Shown: positions 28,869-38,140 of the stretch, piece by piece
Numbering within the stretch: the stretch's first letter is position 1
How the letters are laid out: each line of letters begins with the position of its first letter
Assembly (NCBI GenBank): GCA_033551855.1
Contig: JAWSUI010000015.1
Coordinates: 1 to 64,000, forward strand
DNA from: Deferrisomatales bacterium
GTDB taxonomy: Bacteria; Desulfobacterota; Deferrisomatia; Deferrisomatales; JACRMM01
DNA: 64,000 nucleotides
Direction of reading: 5' to 3'
Position numbers and translations under genes: made by a program
Notes under the pieces: generated by a model
The model's input: the letters and a program-made list of their open reading frames with translations, nothing else
The model's database searches: none
Told to the model about the DNA's origin: nothing

Positions 28869-29792
28869 GTGAACCCTGACCCGACCTTCTCTTCCGTCGA
28901 CGCCATCATCCGGGCGTTCCGGGAGCACCACTACGTGGCGGACCCCGCGGTCGCCACGATCCTCTACCTCAGCCGGGCGCTGCAGAAGCCCCTGTTCCTG
29001 GAGGGTGCGCCCGGCGTGGGGAAGACCGAGCTGGCCGTGGTCCTGGCGCGGGCCATGGACACCGAGCTCATCCGCCTGCAGTGCTACGAAGGGCTGGACG
29101 CCTCCATGGCCCTCTACGAGTGGAACTACCCCCGCCAGATCCTGGAGATCAAGCTCCAGGAGGTGTGCGGGGACCGGGATCGGCTGGCGCGGACGATCTT
29201 CAGCGAGGAGTTCCTGATCAAGCGGCCCCTGCTCCAGGCCATCCAGCACCCCGGTCCACAGCCCGCGGTGCTGCTCATCGACGAGCTGGACCGGGCCGAC
29301 GAGGAGTTCGAGGCCTTCCTGCTGGAGCTCCTGGCGGACTACCAGATCACCGTCCCGGAGCTCGGCACCCTGCGCGCCGTGGTGAAGCCGATGGTCATCG
29401 TCACCTCCAACCGCACTCGGGACGTCCACGACGCCCTCAAGCGCCGATGCCTGTACCACTGGATCGACTACCCGGACTTCGACAAGGAGTACGCCATCGT
29501 CCGGAGCCGCCTGCCGGGCGTGGAGGAGCGGCTGGCCGCCCAGGTGTGCCGCTTCATGGAGCGCATCCGGACCGAGGACTTCCTCAAGCGGCCCGGTGTC
29601 GCGGAGACCCTCGACTGGGCCGCCGCCCTCCTCGCGCTCAACCACCACACCCTGGACGCCCCGGTGGTGGAGGCCACCCTGGGATGCATCTTCAAGAACC
29701 AGCAGGACATCCAGGTCTTCCGGGAGCAGATCTGGGGGGACGAGGGCCGCCGCCGGGAGTACCTGCAGGACGTGAAGGAGAACGTGTGTTGA
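28869..29792 (+). CDS. MoxR-family AAA+ ATPase (CoxD-like)
   Basis: EGAPGVGKTE, IRLQCYEGLD, LIDELDR, ALKRRCLY. Confidence 0.92.
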   Translation: MNPDPTFSSVDAIIRAFREHHYVADPAVATILYLSRALQKPLFLEGAPGVGKTELAVVLARAMDTELIRLQCYEGLDASMALYEWNYPRQILEIKLQEVCGDRDRLARTIFSEEFLIKRPLLQAIQHPGPQPAVLLIDELDRADEEFEAFLLELLADYQITVPELGTLRAVVKPMVIVTSNRTRDVHDALKRRCLYHWIDYPDFDKEYAIVRSRLPGVEERLAAQVCRFMERIRTEDFLKRPGVAETLDWAAALLALNHHTLDAPVVEATLGCIFKNQQDIQVFREQIWGDEGRRREYLQDVKENVC

Positions 29793-29832
29793 GCGCTGCC
29801 CCTGCGCGGCCCGCCCGGGCGCCGAGGCCTCG

Positions 29833-30615
29833 GTGACGCCGGCCGGGGACGGGCCCCGGCCCCGCATCCGGGAGCTCCTGGAGGCCGGCGAAGCCTTCTG
29901 CCTGGCCACCGTCGTCGCCTCCCGCGACCCGGCGGTGCGGGTGGGGGCGAGAGCCGTCGTCCGAGGGGACGGGACCGCCGAGGGGGAGCTCGGCGACGAG
30001 GGGGTGGGCCGGGAAGTGCACCGCCTCGCGCGGGAGGCACTGGGGCGCCGGCGCAGGGGCCTCGTGGAGCCGCGCCCCGGTCTGCAGGTCTTCCTGGACG
30101 TGATGGCACCGGAGGCCGAGCTCCTGGTGTGCGGGGCGGGCCACATCGCCGTGCCGCTGGCCGCATTCGCCCGGCAGCTCGGTTTCGCGGTGACCGTACT
30201 GGACGACCGGGCCGACTTCGCGCGCCCGGACCGGTTTCCGGGCTGCGAGGTCGTGGCCGAGGACTTCGTGGGCGCCCTCCGGCGGCTGCCCCTGGGGCCC
30301 GACACCTATGTGGTGGTCATCACCCGGGGGCACGAGCACGACGCCGAGTGCCTGGCGGAGGTCCTCCCGAAGCCGACCGCCTACGTGGGCCTCATCGGGA
30401 GCCGGCGGCGGGTGGCCTTCGTCCTGGAGATGCTCGGCCGCGAGGGCGTCCCCGCGGAGCGGCTGACCGAGGTCTTCACTCCCATCGGGGTTCCCCTGGG
30501 GGCCGAATCGCCGGAGGAGATCGCCCTGTCGATCGCCTCCGAGCTGGTCTGCGTGCGCCGCAAGGGGCCGGAACAGGCCCGCGCCCTGCGGGACGCCGCA
30601 GGGGGAAGCCGATGA
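29833..30615 (+). CDS. XdhC/CoxF family molybdenum cofactor insertion protein
   Basis: CGAGHIA, DDRADFA, TRGHEHD, YVGLIGSRRR, PEEIALSI. Confidence 0.9.
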   Translation: MTPAGDGPRPRIRELLEAGEAFCLATVVASRDPAVRVGARAVVRGDGTAEGELGDEGVGREVHRLAREALGRRRRGLVEPRPGLQVFLDVMAPEAELLVCGAGHIAVPLAAFARQLGFAVTVLDDRADFARPDRFPGCEVVAEDFVGALRRLPLGPDTYVVVITRGHEHDAECLAEVLPKPTAYVGLIGSRRRVAFVLEMLGREGVPAERLTEVFTPIGVPLGAESPEEIALSIASELVCVRRKGPEQARALRDAAGGSR

Positions 30616-30929
30616 CCGACCGGGAGATCTTCGCGCGCCTCGCTGCGCTCCGGCAGGACGGGAAGGAGGTCTGCCTGGCCACCATCGTGGAGGCGGCCGG
30701 CTCCACGCCCCGCGACGTGGGGGCCAAGATGCTCGTGTGCGCCGACGGCACCACCTTCGGCTCGGTCGGGGGAGGCTGCGGCGAACGCCAGGTGAAGACC
30801 GCGGCGCTCCGGTGCCTCCTGACCACCCGTGCCCCGGAGCTGGTGGAGGTCGACCTCACCGACGATCTCGGCACCCGGGGCGGCGACGTCTGCGGCGGCC
30901 ACATGCGGATCTTCGTCGAGCCGGCCTGA
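30612..30929 (+). CDS. Stand-alone XdhC/CoxI N-terminal domain protein
   Basis: GSTPRDVGAKM, GSVGGGC, CGGHM. Confidence 0.85.
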   Translation: MTDREIFARLAALRQDGKEVCLATIVEAAGSTPRDVGAKMLVCADGTTFGSVGGGCGERQVKTAALRCLLTTRAPELVEVDLTDDLGTRGGDVCGGHMRIFVEPA

Positions 30930-31157
30930 CCCCCCGGCACCGCTGCCGTCATCGCCATCGGTATCGGTGTCGCGATCGGAATCGATCCCGATCCCGATGG
31001 GGATGGCGAGCTCGAGGAACAGGCGCCGCCGGTCTGGTTAGGGCGCCGTAAAATGCGGGCTGCATCCCCGCCCTTCGGGGGGGCCCGGTGGCATTTCGGT
31101 CTTCACTTCGGGAGCCTTGGGAGGAGAGAGATGACGACGCACGAAGACTGAGCGCCG

Positions 31158-32312
31158 ATGTCCGACCTCTCCACGCCCCCGCGCCCCGGCCGCCCGGAGT
31201 CCCCCGACGGACCGTTGGGCATGGCGGGGAACATCGTTGCCTTCTCCCGGCTCCTCAAGGACGCCGGGCTCCCCACCCACCCCCAGGCGGTGGTCGATGC
31301 CTGCCGATCCGTGGCCCTGCTGGACCTCGGCGACCGCCGGCAGGTCTACTGGGCGCTCCGGGGCAACCTGGTCACCGACCGGCAGCGCTACGAGGCCTTC
31401 GACCGCCTCTACCGCCTGTTCTGGGAAGAGGGGGTCCGCCGGCTCCCCCGCCGGCAGCCGGCCCCGCTGGGCCGGATCCCCGTCTTCGCCCCCGTCCCCC
31501 CCGGCGGGGAAGGGGTGGGGCGGACCGCCCCCGACGCCTCCGGCGGCGCCAGCCCCGACGAGCTCTTGATCCGCAAGGACCTGCGCACCCTCGCCCCGGA
31601 AGAGGAACCGCGGCTCCGGGAGATCCTCCAGTCCCTCCTCGCCAAGCTCGCCACCCGGCCGGGCCGCAGGTACCGGCCCACCTTCCGGGGCCGCGGCCTG
31701 GAGCTCCGCCGCACCTTCCGGCGCAACGCCGCCCTGGGCGGCGAGCTCGTCCGGCTCGTCCGCCGGGCGAGAAGGGTCCGCCGCCTTCGGGTGGTGTTCC
31801 TCGGGGACGTCTCCGGGTCCATGGACGCCTACAGCCGCTTCTTCCTCCTGGTGGCCCACGCCCTCGGGCGGCAGGAACCCGGGGTCGAGGTCTACGCGTT
31901 CTCCACGCGGCTGTTCCGGCTCACCGAGTTCGTGCGGGACCGGGACGCCAGCCGCGCCCTGGAGCGCCTGGCGCAGCAGACCCTGGGCTGGTCCGGGGGG
32001 ACGAGGATCGGCCAGTGCCTCGGCGAGCTGCACCGGGCGCTGGCCCGCCGCCCCCGCCTCCGGGACACCGTGGTGGTCATCCTGAGCGACGGCTGGGACC
32101 GGGGGGACCCCGGCCTGGTGCGGCGGGAGATGGCTCGCCTCAAGGGGGCCGTCTCACGGATCTACTGGCTCAACCCCCTGAAGGGCGACCCCGATTACCG
32201 TCCCCTGTGCCAGGGCATGGCCGCCGCCCTGCCCTACGTGGACGGCTTCTACCCGGCCCACAACGTGGAATCCCTGGCCCGCTTCACCCGGCAGCTCGTC
32301 CGCGTGCGGTGA
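31158..32312 (+). CDS. vWA-domain protein (CoxE-like)
   Basis: DVSGSM MIDAS, FSTRL, WSGGTRIG, SDGWD, WLNP; start may be 31221. Confidence 0.9.
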   Translation: MSDLSTPPRPGRPESPDGPLGMAGNIVAFSRLLKDAGLPTHPQAVVDACRSVALLDLGDRRQVYWALRGNLVTDRQRYEAFDRLYRLFWEEGVRRLPRRQPAPLGRIPVFAPVPPGGEGVGRTAPDASGGASPDELLIRKDLRTLAPEEEPRLREILQSLLAKLATRPGRRYRPTFRGRGLELRRTFRRNAALGGELVRLVRRARRVRRLRVVFLGDVSGSMDAYSRFFLLVAHALGRQEPGVEVYAFSTRLFRLTEFVRDRDASRALERLAQQTLGWSGGTRIGQCLGELHRALARRPRLRDTVVVILSDGWDRGDPGLVRREMARLKGAVSRIYWLNPLKGDPDYRPLCQGMAAALPYVDGFYPAHNVESLARFTRQLVRVR

Positions 32313-32393
32313 GCCCACGCCGAAGGAGGTGACCCCCCGACAACCACCGAACGACCGCAGCGCCGTCTCAACCCACCAGGAAAGGAGCCCCCC

Positions 32394-33758
32394 ATGGACC
32401 AGACGAAGTACCTCCTCACCGAGAAGGACATCCCGCGGCAGTGGTACAACATCGCCGCCGACATGCCCAACCCGATGAAGCCGCCGCTGCACCCCGGCAC
32501 CGGACAGCCCGTGGGCCCCGACGCCCTCGCACCGCTCTTCCCCATGAGCCTCATCGAGCAGGAGGTGAGCTCTCAGCGGTGGGTGGACATCCCCTCGGAG
32601 ATCCTCGACATCCTCAGCCTGTGGCGCCCGACCCCGCTCTACCGCGCCCACCGTCTGGAGAAGGCCCTGGGGACCCCCGCCAAGATCTACTACAAGTACG
32701 AGGGGACGAGCCCGGCGGGCAGCCACAAGCCCAACACCAGCGTGGCGCAGGCCTACTACAACATGAAGGAGGGCGTGAAGCGCATCGCCACCGAGACCGG
32801 GGCCGGCCAGTGGGGCAGCGCGCTCTCCCTTGCCTGCAACTTCTTCGGCATCGAGGCGAAGGTGTACATGGTCAAGATCTCCTACGAGCAGAAGCCTTAC
32901 CGGCGCATGCTCATGGAGACCTGGGGCGGCAAGGTCATCCCGAGCCCGTCCAACGAGACGGCGGCGGGCCGGAAGATCCTGGCCGAGAACCCGAATTCCA
33001 CGGGCTCCCTGGGCATCGCCATCTCCGAGGCGGTCGAGGACGCCGCCGGCCGCGACGACACCAAGTACGCCCTGGGGTCGGTGCTCAACCACGTCCTGCT
33101 GCACCAGACCGTGGTCGGCCAGGAGGCCCAGAAACAGATGGAGATGGCCGGCGACTACCCCGACGTGATCCTGGGGTGCTGCGGCGGGGGCTCGAACTTC
33201 GCCGGGCTCGCCTTCCCCTTCCTGCGGGACAAGATCGCCGGGAAGGCGATCGACGTGATCGGGTGCGAGCCCACGGCGTGCCCCACCCTCACCAAGGGGC
33301 ACTTCCACTACGACTTCGGCGACACGGTGGGGATGACCCCCCTGCTGCCCATGCACACCCTCGGCCACACCTTCGTCCCGGCCGGCATCCACGCGGGGGG
33401 GCTCCGGTACCATGGGATGGCGCCCCTCGTGAGCCAGCTGCTCAAGGACGACCTGATCCGGGCCATGGCCTTCCACCAGGTGGAGTGCTTCGACGCCGGA
33501 GTGCTCTTCGCCCGGAGCGAGGGCATCGTGCCGGCCCCCGAGTCGAACCACGCGATCCGGGGCGCCGTGGTGGAGGCCCTCAAGGCCAAGGAGGAGGGAA
33601 AGGAAAAGACGATCCTGTTCCTGCTCTCGGGCCACGGCCACTTCGACATGTCGGCGTATGAGGCCTATTTCGCCAAGACCCTCGAGGAGTACGAGCTCCC
33701 CGGGGCGGAGCTCGACAAGGCCTGGGACGCGATCAAGGGGCTGCCCTCGGCCGCCTGA
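32394..33758 (+). CDS. trpB: TrpB2 tryptophan synthase beta-like PLP enzyme (indole salvage type)
   Basis: GSHKPN PLP Lys, [31 protein letters not shown]; no trpA adjacent. Confidence 0.93.
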   Translation: MDQTKYLLTEKDIPRQWYNIAADMPNPMKPPLHPGTGQPVGPDALAPLFPMSLIEQEVSSQRWVDIPSEILDILSLWRPTPLYRAHRLEKALGTPAKIYYKYEGTSPAGSHKPNTSVAQAYYNMKEGVKRIATETGAGQWGSALSLACNFFGIEAKVYMVKISYEQKPYRRMLMETWGGKVIPSPSNETAAGRKILAENPNSTGSLGIAISEAVEDAAGRDDTKYALGSVLNHVLLHQTVVGQEAQKQMEMAGDYPDVILGCCGGGSNFAGLAFPFLRDKIAGKAIDVIGCEPTACPTLTKGHFHYDFGDTVGMTPLLPMHTLGHTFVPAGIHAGGLRYHGMAPLVSQLLKDDLIRAMAFHQVECFDAGVLFARSEGIVPAPESNHAIRGAVVEALKAKEEGKEKTILFLLSGHGHFDMSAYEAYFAKTLEEYELPGAELDKAWDAIKGLPSAA

Positions 33759-33766
33759 GGAACCGA

Positions 33767-33798
33767 GGGGGGGCGGGGCCCGGCCCCGCCCCCCCTTC
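33767..33798. terminator. Hairpin between convergent trpB2 and trpD-like genes
   Basis: AGGGGGGCGGGGCC-C-GGCCCCGCCCCCCTT. Confidence 0.6.
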
Positions 33799-33825
33799 CC
33801 GGCAACGAGCCGTGTCCCGCTCGGG

Positions 33826-34905
33826 CTACGCCTCCCGGAACCAACCCCGGCTCAGCCGCTGGGTGCGCTCCGCCAGGGCCTCGAGCTTCGCTCTCGCCCC
33901 GCCCGAATCCAGGCCCTGCAAGGCCATCCGGACCCCCTCCGGCAGGCCCTTGGCGACCCCGGCCGCGTAGAGGGCCGCCCCGGCGTTCAGGACCACGATG
34001 TCCCGCCGGGGACCCTGCTCTCCTCCCAGCACGGCCCGAACGATCGCCGCGTTCTCCCGGGCGTCGCCCCCCGCGATGTCCTCCGGCGACGCGCGCCCCA
34101 GGCCGAGCTCCTCCGGCGTCACCGCGTACTCCCGGATCGCCCCCTCCCGCACCTCGGCCACCTCGGTCGCCCCGCACACGGTGATCTCGTCCAGCCCGTC
34201 CTCCCCGCGCACCACCAGGGCCCGCTCCGCCCCCAGGGCGAGGAGCGCCTCGGCCAGCACCCGCGGGGACTCCCTGGCCCCCACCCCCACGAAGTGGCAG
34301 CGGGCCCCGGCCGGGTTTGCCAGGGGGCCGAGGAGGTTGAAGATCGTCCGAAGCCCCAGCTCCCGCCGCGGGCCGACCACGTGCCGGATGGTGGAGTGGA
34401 AGAGGGGCTCGTAGAAGAAGCCGATCCCGACGGTCTCGAGGCAGTCCTCCACGGCCGACGGGGTGAGGTCCGGCTCCACCCCCAGGGCCGCCAGGACGTC
34501 CGCACTCCCGCACAGGGGCGCCACCGCCCGCAGCCCGTGCCGCACCACCCGGACCCCGCAGGCAGCCACCGCGAAGGCGGTGGCGGTGGAGACGTTGAAG
34601 GTCCGGGTGCCGGAGCTCCCCGAGGCCATGAAGGCGGCGATCGTCTCTTGGTCCACGTTGATCTCGTCGCGGTCGATCGCCACCAGGGGCGCCCCGGCCC
34701 GGATCGAGGGCCCCAGGGAGCGCAGCACCCGGGCCGCCCCGGCGAGCTCCGAGCCGGTCACCCCCTTCACCCGCAGGGCCATGAGGAAGGCCCCGATCTG
34801 GGCGGCAGTCGCCTCCCCCCGGGTCACCTCGGTCATGACCGCGATCATCTCACCCTCGGACAGGTCCTCGCGCCCCGCCAGTCTCGCCAGCGCCTCCCGG
34901 ATCAT
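33826..34905 (-). CDS. trpD: Anthranilate phosphoribosyltransferase-like protein with degenerate substrate motifs
   Basis: AQIGAFLMALRVKG, TFNVST, GSADVL, RTIFNLLGPL, DGLDE; GTGGD and KHGN are altered. Confidence 0.82.
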   Translation of the reverse strand: MIREALARLAGREDLSEGEMIAVMTEVTRGEATAAQIGAFLMALRVKGVTGSELAGAARVLRSLGPSIRAGAPLVAIDRDEINVDQETIAAFMASGSSGTRTFNVSTATAFAVAACGVRVVRHGLRAVAPLCGSADVLAALGVEPDLTPSAVEDCLETVGIGFFYEPLFHSTIRHVVGPRRELGLRTIFNLLGPLANPAGARCHFVGVGARESPRVLAEALLALGAERALVVRGEDGLDEITVCGATEVAEVREGAIREYAVTPEELGLGRASPEDIAGGDARENAAIVRAVLGGEQGPRRDIVVLNAGAALYAAGVAKGLPEGVRMALQGLDSGGARAKLEALAERTQRLSRGWFREA

Positions 34906-35243
34906 GCGACCTCCCTTCCCCTTCCCGGTTCCCCCGCATCGTCCCACCGCCGCAACGCCGCGAGCTTACCCGCTGCCGCGGTGTTCTGCCAGACCTCGGG
35001 TCCCAACAGACCCCAAGTGCCCCTGTGTCCCCCTGTACCCCCCTCGGGACCGGCGGGAGGCTCCCGCAGGTTCCCATGGAACCCATCCCCCCGCCACCGC
35101 TACGATGGGGGCACACGGCGGACCGCTCGGCGTTCGGGAGTCGGGGGTCCGGCGTCGAGGATCCGGGTTGCGGGTTGCGCGTCCCCGTGTCGAGCGGCCC
35201 GGCGTCGAGCGTCCCAGCGACCCAACTCCACCGGAGGAAGACC

Positions 35244-35954
35244 ATGAGGCACCTGCTTCGAAGCCCTGACGCCCGGACCGTCTTTGCCCTGGCGGCCGCT
35301 GTGGGATTGGCGGCGTGCGAAAACGCCCCCGCCCCACCGGCGGCGGGTCAGGAGCCGGGCTGGAGCCTGGCGGTCGGCGGCGGGCGTCTCGATCTGGACC
35401 TGGACTACGGCGGGCAGTCCCTGAACCTGCCCCTCCTGGTCGCAGAGCAGGCCGGCGGCGTCACCCGCTACCGGGCGGCGGAGCCGGGGCACGCCGCCGT
35501 GGTCTCCGCGGCCCGCCGAGTCTGCCGGGACACCATGAGCGGCGTGCCTCACCCCTTCACCGTGGAGGTGCAGATCGACGGCGACCGCCTGGCCGGCTGC
35601 GGCGGCCAGCCCGTGAGCCTGCTCGCCGGCTCCTGGGAGGTCGAACAACTGGACGGCGGGGGGCTCCTGGCAGGCTCCCGCATCACCCTGGAGGTCTCCG
35701 CCGAGGACCGGCGGGTCTCCGGCCTGGCCTCCTGCAATCGGTTCACCGCCGGCTTCGAGCTCGGCGGCGAGGGCCTGACGGTGGCGGGCCCCGCCTCGAC
35801 CCGGATGGCCTGCGCCCCTGAGGTGATGGAGCAGGAAGAACGGTTCCTTCACCTGTTGGCGGGAGCGCGCGCCTTCGACCTCGACAGCGGCGGGAAGCTG
35901 ATCCTCTCCGGCCCCGCCGGCCGCCTGACGGCCCGCCGCGCACCGGCCCCATAG
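35244..35954 (+). CDS. META/HslJ-domain lipoprotein
   Basis: Lipobox LAAC; CRDTMSG..GCGG; SGLASCNRF; STRMAC..MEQE. Confidence 0.85.
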   Translation: MRHLLRSPDARTVFALAAAVGLAACENAPAPPAAGQEPGWSLAVGGGRLDLDLDYGGQSLNLPLLVAEQAGGVTRYRAAEPGHAAVVSAARRVCRDTMSGVPHPFTVEVQIDGDRLAGCGGQPVSLLAGSWEVEQLDGGGLLAGSRITLEVSAEDRRVSGLASCNRFTAGFELGGEGLTVAGPASTRMACAPEVMEQEERFLHLLAGARAFDLDSGGKLILSGPAGRLTARRAPAP

Positions 35955-36035
35955 CGCCGGACGCTCACGAGCCTCCAACAGCGGCCCCTCCGGCGCCTCC
36001 CCGGTTCCAGCCGGCGAGGGTAAGGTCTGCTACAC

Positions 36036-36620
36036 CTACGCGCCCCCAGCCGTTCGTTCGTCTTTCCCGGCGCACGGCAAGGTCTGGAGAAACGCCTCAG
36101 CAGTGACGATGGGGCACGGGAGCCGGCCGGCAAGGGCCAGCAGGTGTTGATCGCCGGTGACCAGGAAGTCGGCCCTGCCCTCTACGGCGAGCAGCAGAAA
36201 GGCTACGTCAAGAGGGTCCCGGCACGGGGGTACGGTGGGCCCTCGGGCCGGGACCTCAGCCGGCGCGGCGTAGGGCAGGTAGTCGGCCAGAAGCACCTCT
36301 TTCTCTGCGGGGCTGAGGCGGAACTTGGGACAGGCCAGAACCCGCACGAGCTCCGCCGCGGTATCCCAGGACTCCAGGGGCCTGAAGGCGCCGCGCTGCC
36401 AGGCCCAGCGAAACTCGGCCACGACCTCAGCGACGTCTTCCTCCCCGAGATCGAGCTCGGCCAGCTTGGCGCGGGGCGCATCGGCGCGCTGGATGCGCAC
36501 CGGCGTCAGCACGATCTGACCGTTTCTGACCTCGATGTCGAAGTACTCGGCGGGACCGATCGCGTTGGTGATCTTCTTGGGCAGGGTGAGCCGGTTCTTG
36601 GACGTGAGCTTTCCCAGCAT
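36036..36620 (-). pseudogene. In-frame fusion of AbrB/MazE-type antitoxin and N-terminally truncated PIN toxin
   Basis: MLGKLTSKNRLTLPK...GQIVLTP joined to PIN segment ELVRVL..PKF..CRDPLD..LVTGDQHLL; PIN N-terminal DTN motif absent. Confidence 0.7.
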
Positions 36621-36788
36621 GGCCGGCCTCCCAACGCAAGGATACAAGGAGTCCTTACTACACCCTTCGGTTTCACTCCTCTCAAGCAGCAGCTCGCCCT
36701 TGGGTTGGGCGGGGATCTGGTGAGCTGGAGCGCGTTTCCCCGTGGGCACCTGCGGCTTCGCGCCCTAGCGGGAGGGGGCTTGCAGATG

Positions 36789-36822
36789 AAGAAGGCCGGC
36801 CCCCTCGGGCGCCGGCCTTCTT
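36789..36822 (-). terminator. Intrinsic terminator-like hairpin downstream of the enoyl-CoA hydratase
   Basis: AAGAAGGCCGGC-N10-GCCGGCCTTCTT. Confidence 0.7.
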
Positions 36823-36872
36823 GTACCTGGAATGTCTTTCGTCGCTTCGCGGCGTTCGGGCCCTACCACGCC

Positions 36873-37646
36873 TCAGCGGTCCTGGAAGATCGGCGTGCGC
36901 CTCTCGGCGAGCGCCCGCTTTCCCTCCGCGAGGTCCTCGGTGGCGAGAGACCGGGCGAACAGCGCGGCGAGCTCCCCCTCGTCCTCCGAGGAGCCCTCTG
37001 GGCCCAGTGCCAGGTGGCGGAGGATTCTCTTCGTCCCGCGCAGGGACAGCGGGGCGTTGCCGGCGATCTCGCGCACGAGGGCGAGGGCCTCGCCCTCGGC
37101 GCCCGTCGCGGGGACGACCACCGAGACCAGGCCGAGGCGGCGGCAGTCCGGCGCCGTGTACAGGCGCCCGGAGAAGAAGATCTCCTTGGCTGCGGCCAGC
37201 CCCACCGTGCGCTGGAAGCGGGCGTAGCCCGCCAGGGGGTAGACGAGGCCGAGGCGGGCGGGCGGCATCCCCATGCGCACGTCGTCCCCCGCGACGCGCA
37301 CGTCGCAGGCCAGGGCGAGCTCGCACCCCCCTCCGACCGCGTAGCCTCGGAGCAGCGCCACCACCGGGTACGGGTAGCGCTCGATCCGGTCCAGGAGCGC
37401 GTGGAGGTCGTCGCTCCGCGCCGCCGGCCCCGACGCGGAGAGGCCGGTCAGGTCGTAGCCGGCCGAGAACGCCTCCTCGCCGGCTCCCCGCAGGAGCACA
37501 CAGCGCGTCGCCGGGTCCCGCTCCAACTCGTCGAACACGGCGCTCAACTCGGCGATTCCCTCGTCCGTCAGGGTATTGCGCTTGGACGGGCGCTGGATGG
37601 TCACCCGAGCGAACCCTTCTTCCCGGGTCAGCACGATCTCTGCCAC
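36873..37646 (-). CDS. Enoyl-CoA hydratase/isomerase family protein
   Basis: FSAGYDL, AVGGGCELALACD, GMPPARLG. Confidence 0.9.
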   Translation of the reverse strand: MAEIVLTREEGFARVTIQRPSKRNTLTDEGIAELSAVFDELERDPATRCVLLRGAGEEAFSAGYDLTGLSASGPAARSDDLHALLDRIERYPYPVVALLRGYAVGGGCELALACDVRVAGDDVRMGMPPARLGLVYPLAGYARFQRTVGLAAAKEIFFSGRLYTAPDCRRLGLVSVVVPATGAEGEALALVREIAGNAPLSLRGTKRILRHLALGPEGSSEDEGELAALFARSLATEDLAEGKRALAERRTPIFQDR

Positions 37647-38140
37647 GGCCCTCTCCCCTTGGTCTTCGATGAATGCGGGCCACGCCGCCTTCTCCGGCTT
37701 CCGAGGGACCGCGTCCGGGAACGCCCACGGCAGCTCCCCGCTATCCCTCCTCCGGACGGGCGATCTCCTCCGCTCAGAGACCCGCCCCGTGCCCCATCCG
37801 GACCGGCAAAGTATCAGATCTGCGCTCCCCACGAAAAGGCGAGCGCCCAGGGCAAACGAGGGGACGGGGGATGGGCGAGGCGACCCCAACGGAACCGTGG
37901 GCGGCGACGTGGCGTCGCAGGACATGGCGGTCCGCAGATCGCGATCCCAGGGAGCTCGTCCGAGACGTCACTGCTTTGGAGGACCGGAAGCCCGGTGTCC
38001 TCGGTGGTCTTCCTCTCCGCCCTGGATGCGCTTCGGATTGCGGACCTGTCCCCAATCGAATCCCCCTGGGCGGCGCACCGGGCCCCCCTTCCCTTCCGGT
38101 CCGTCCTGCGGTACGAGTGGGAAGGTAGGAGGACCGCATC

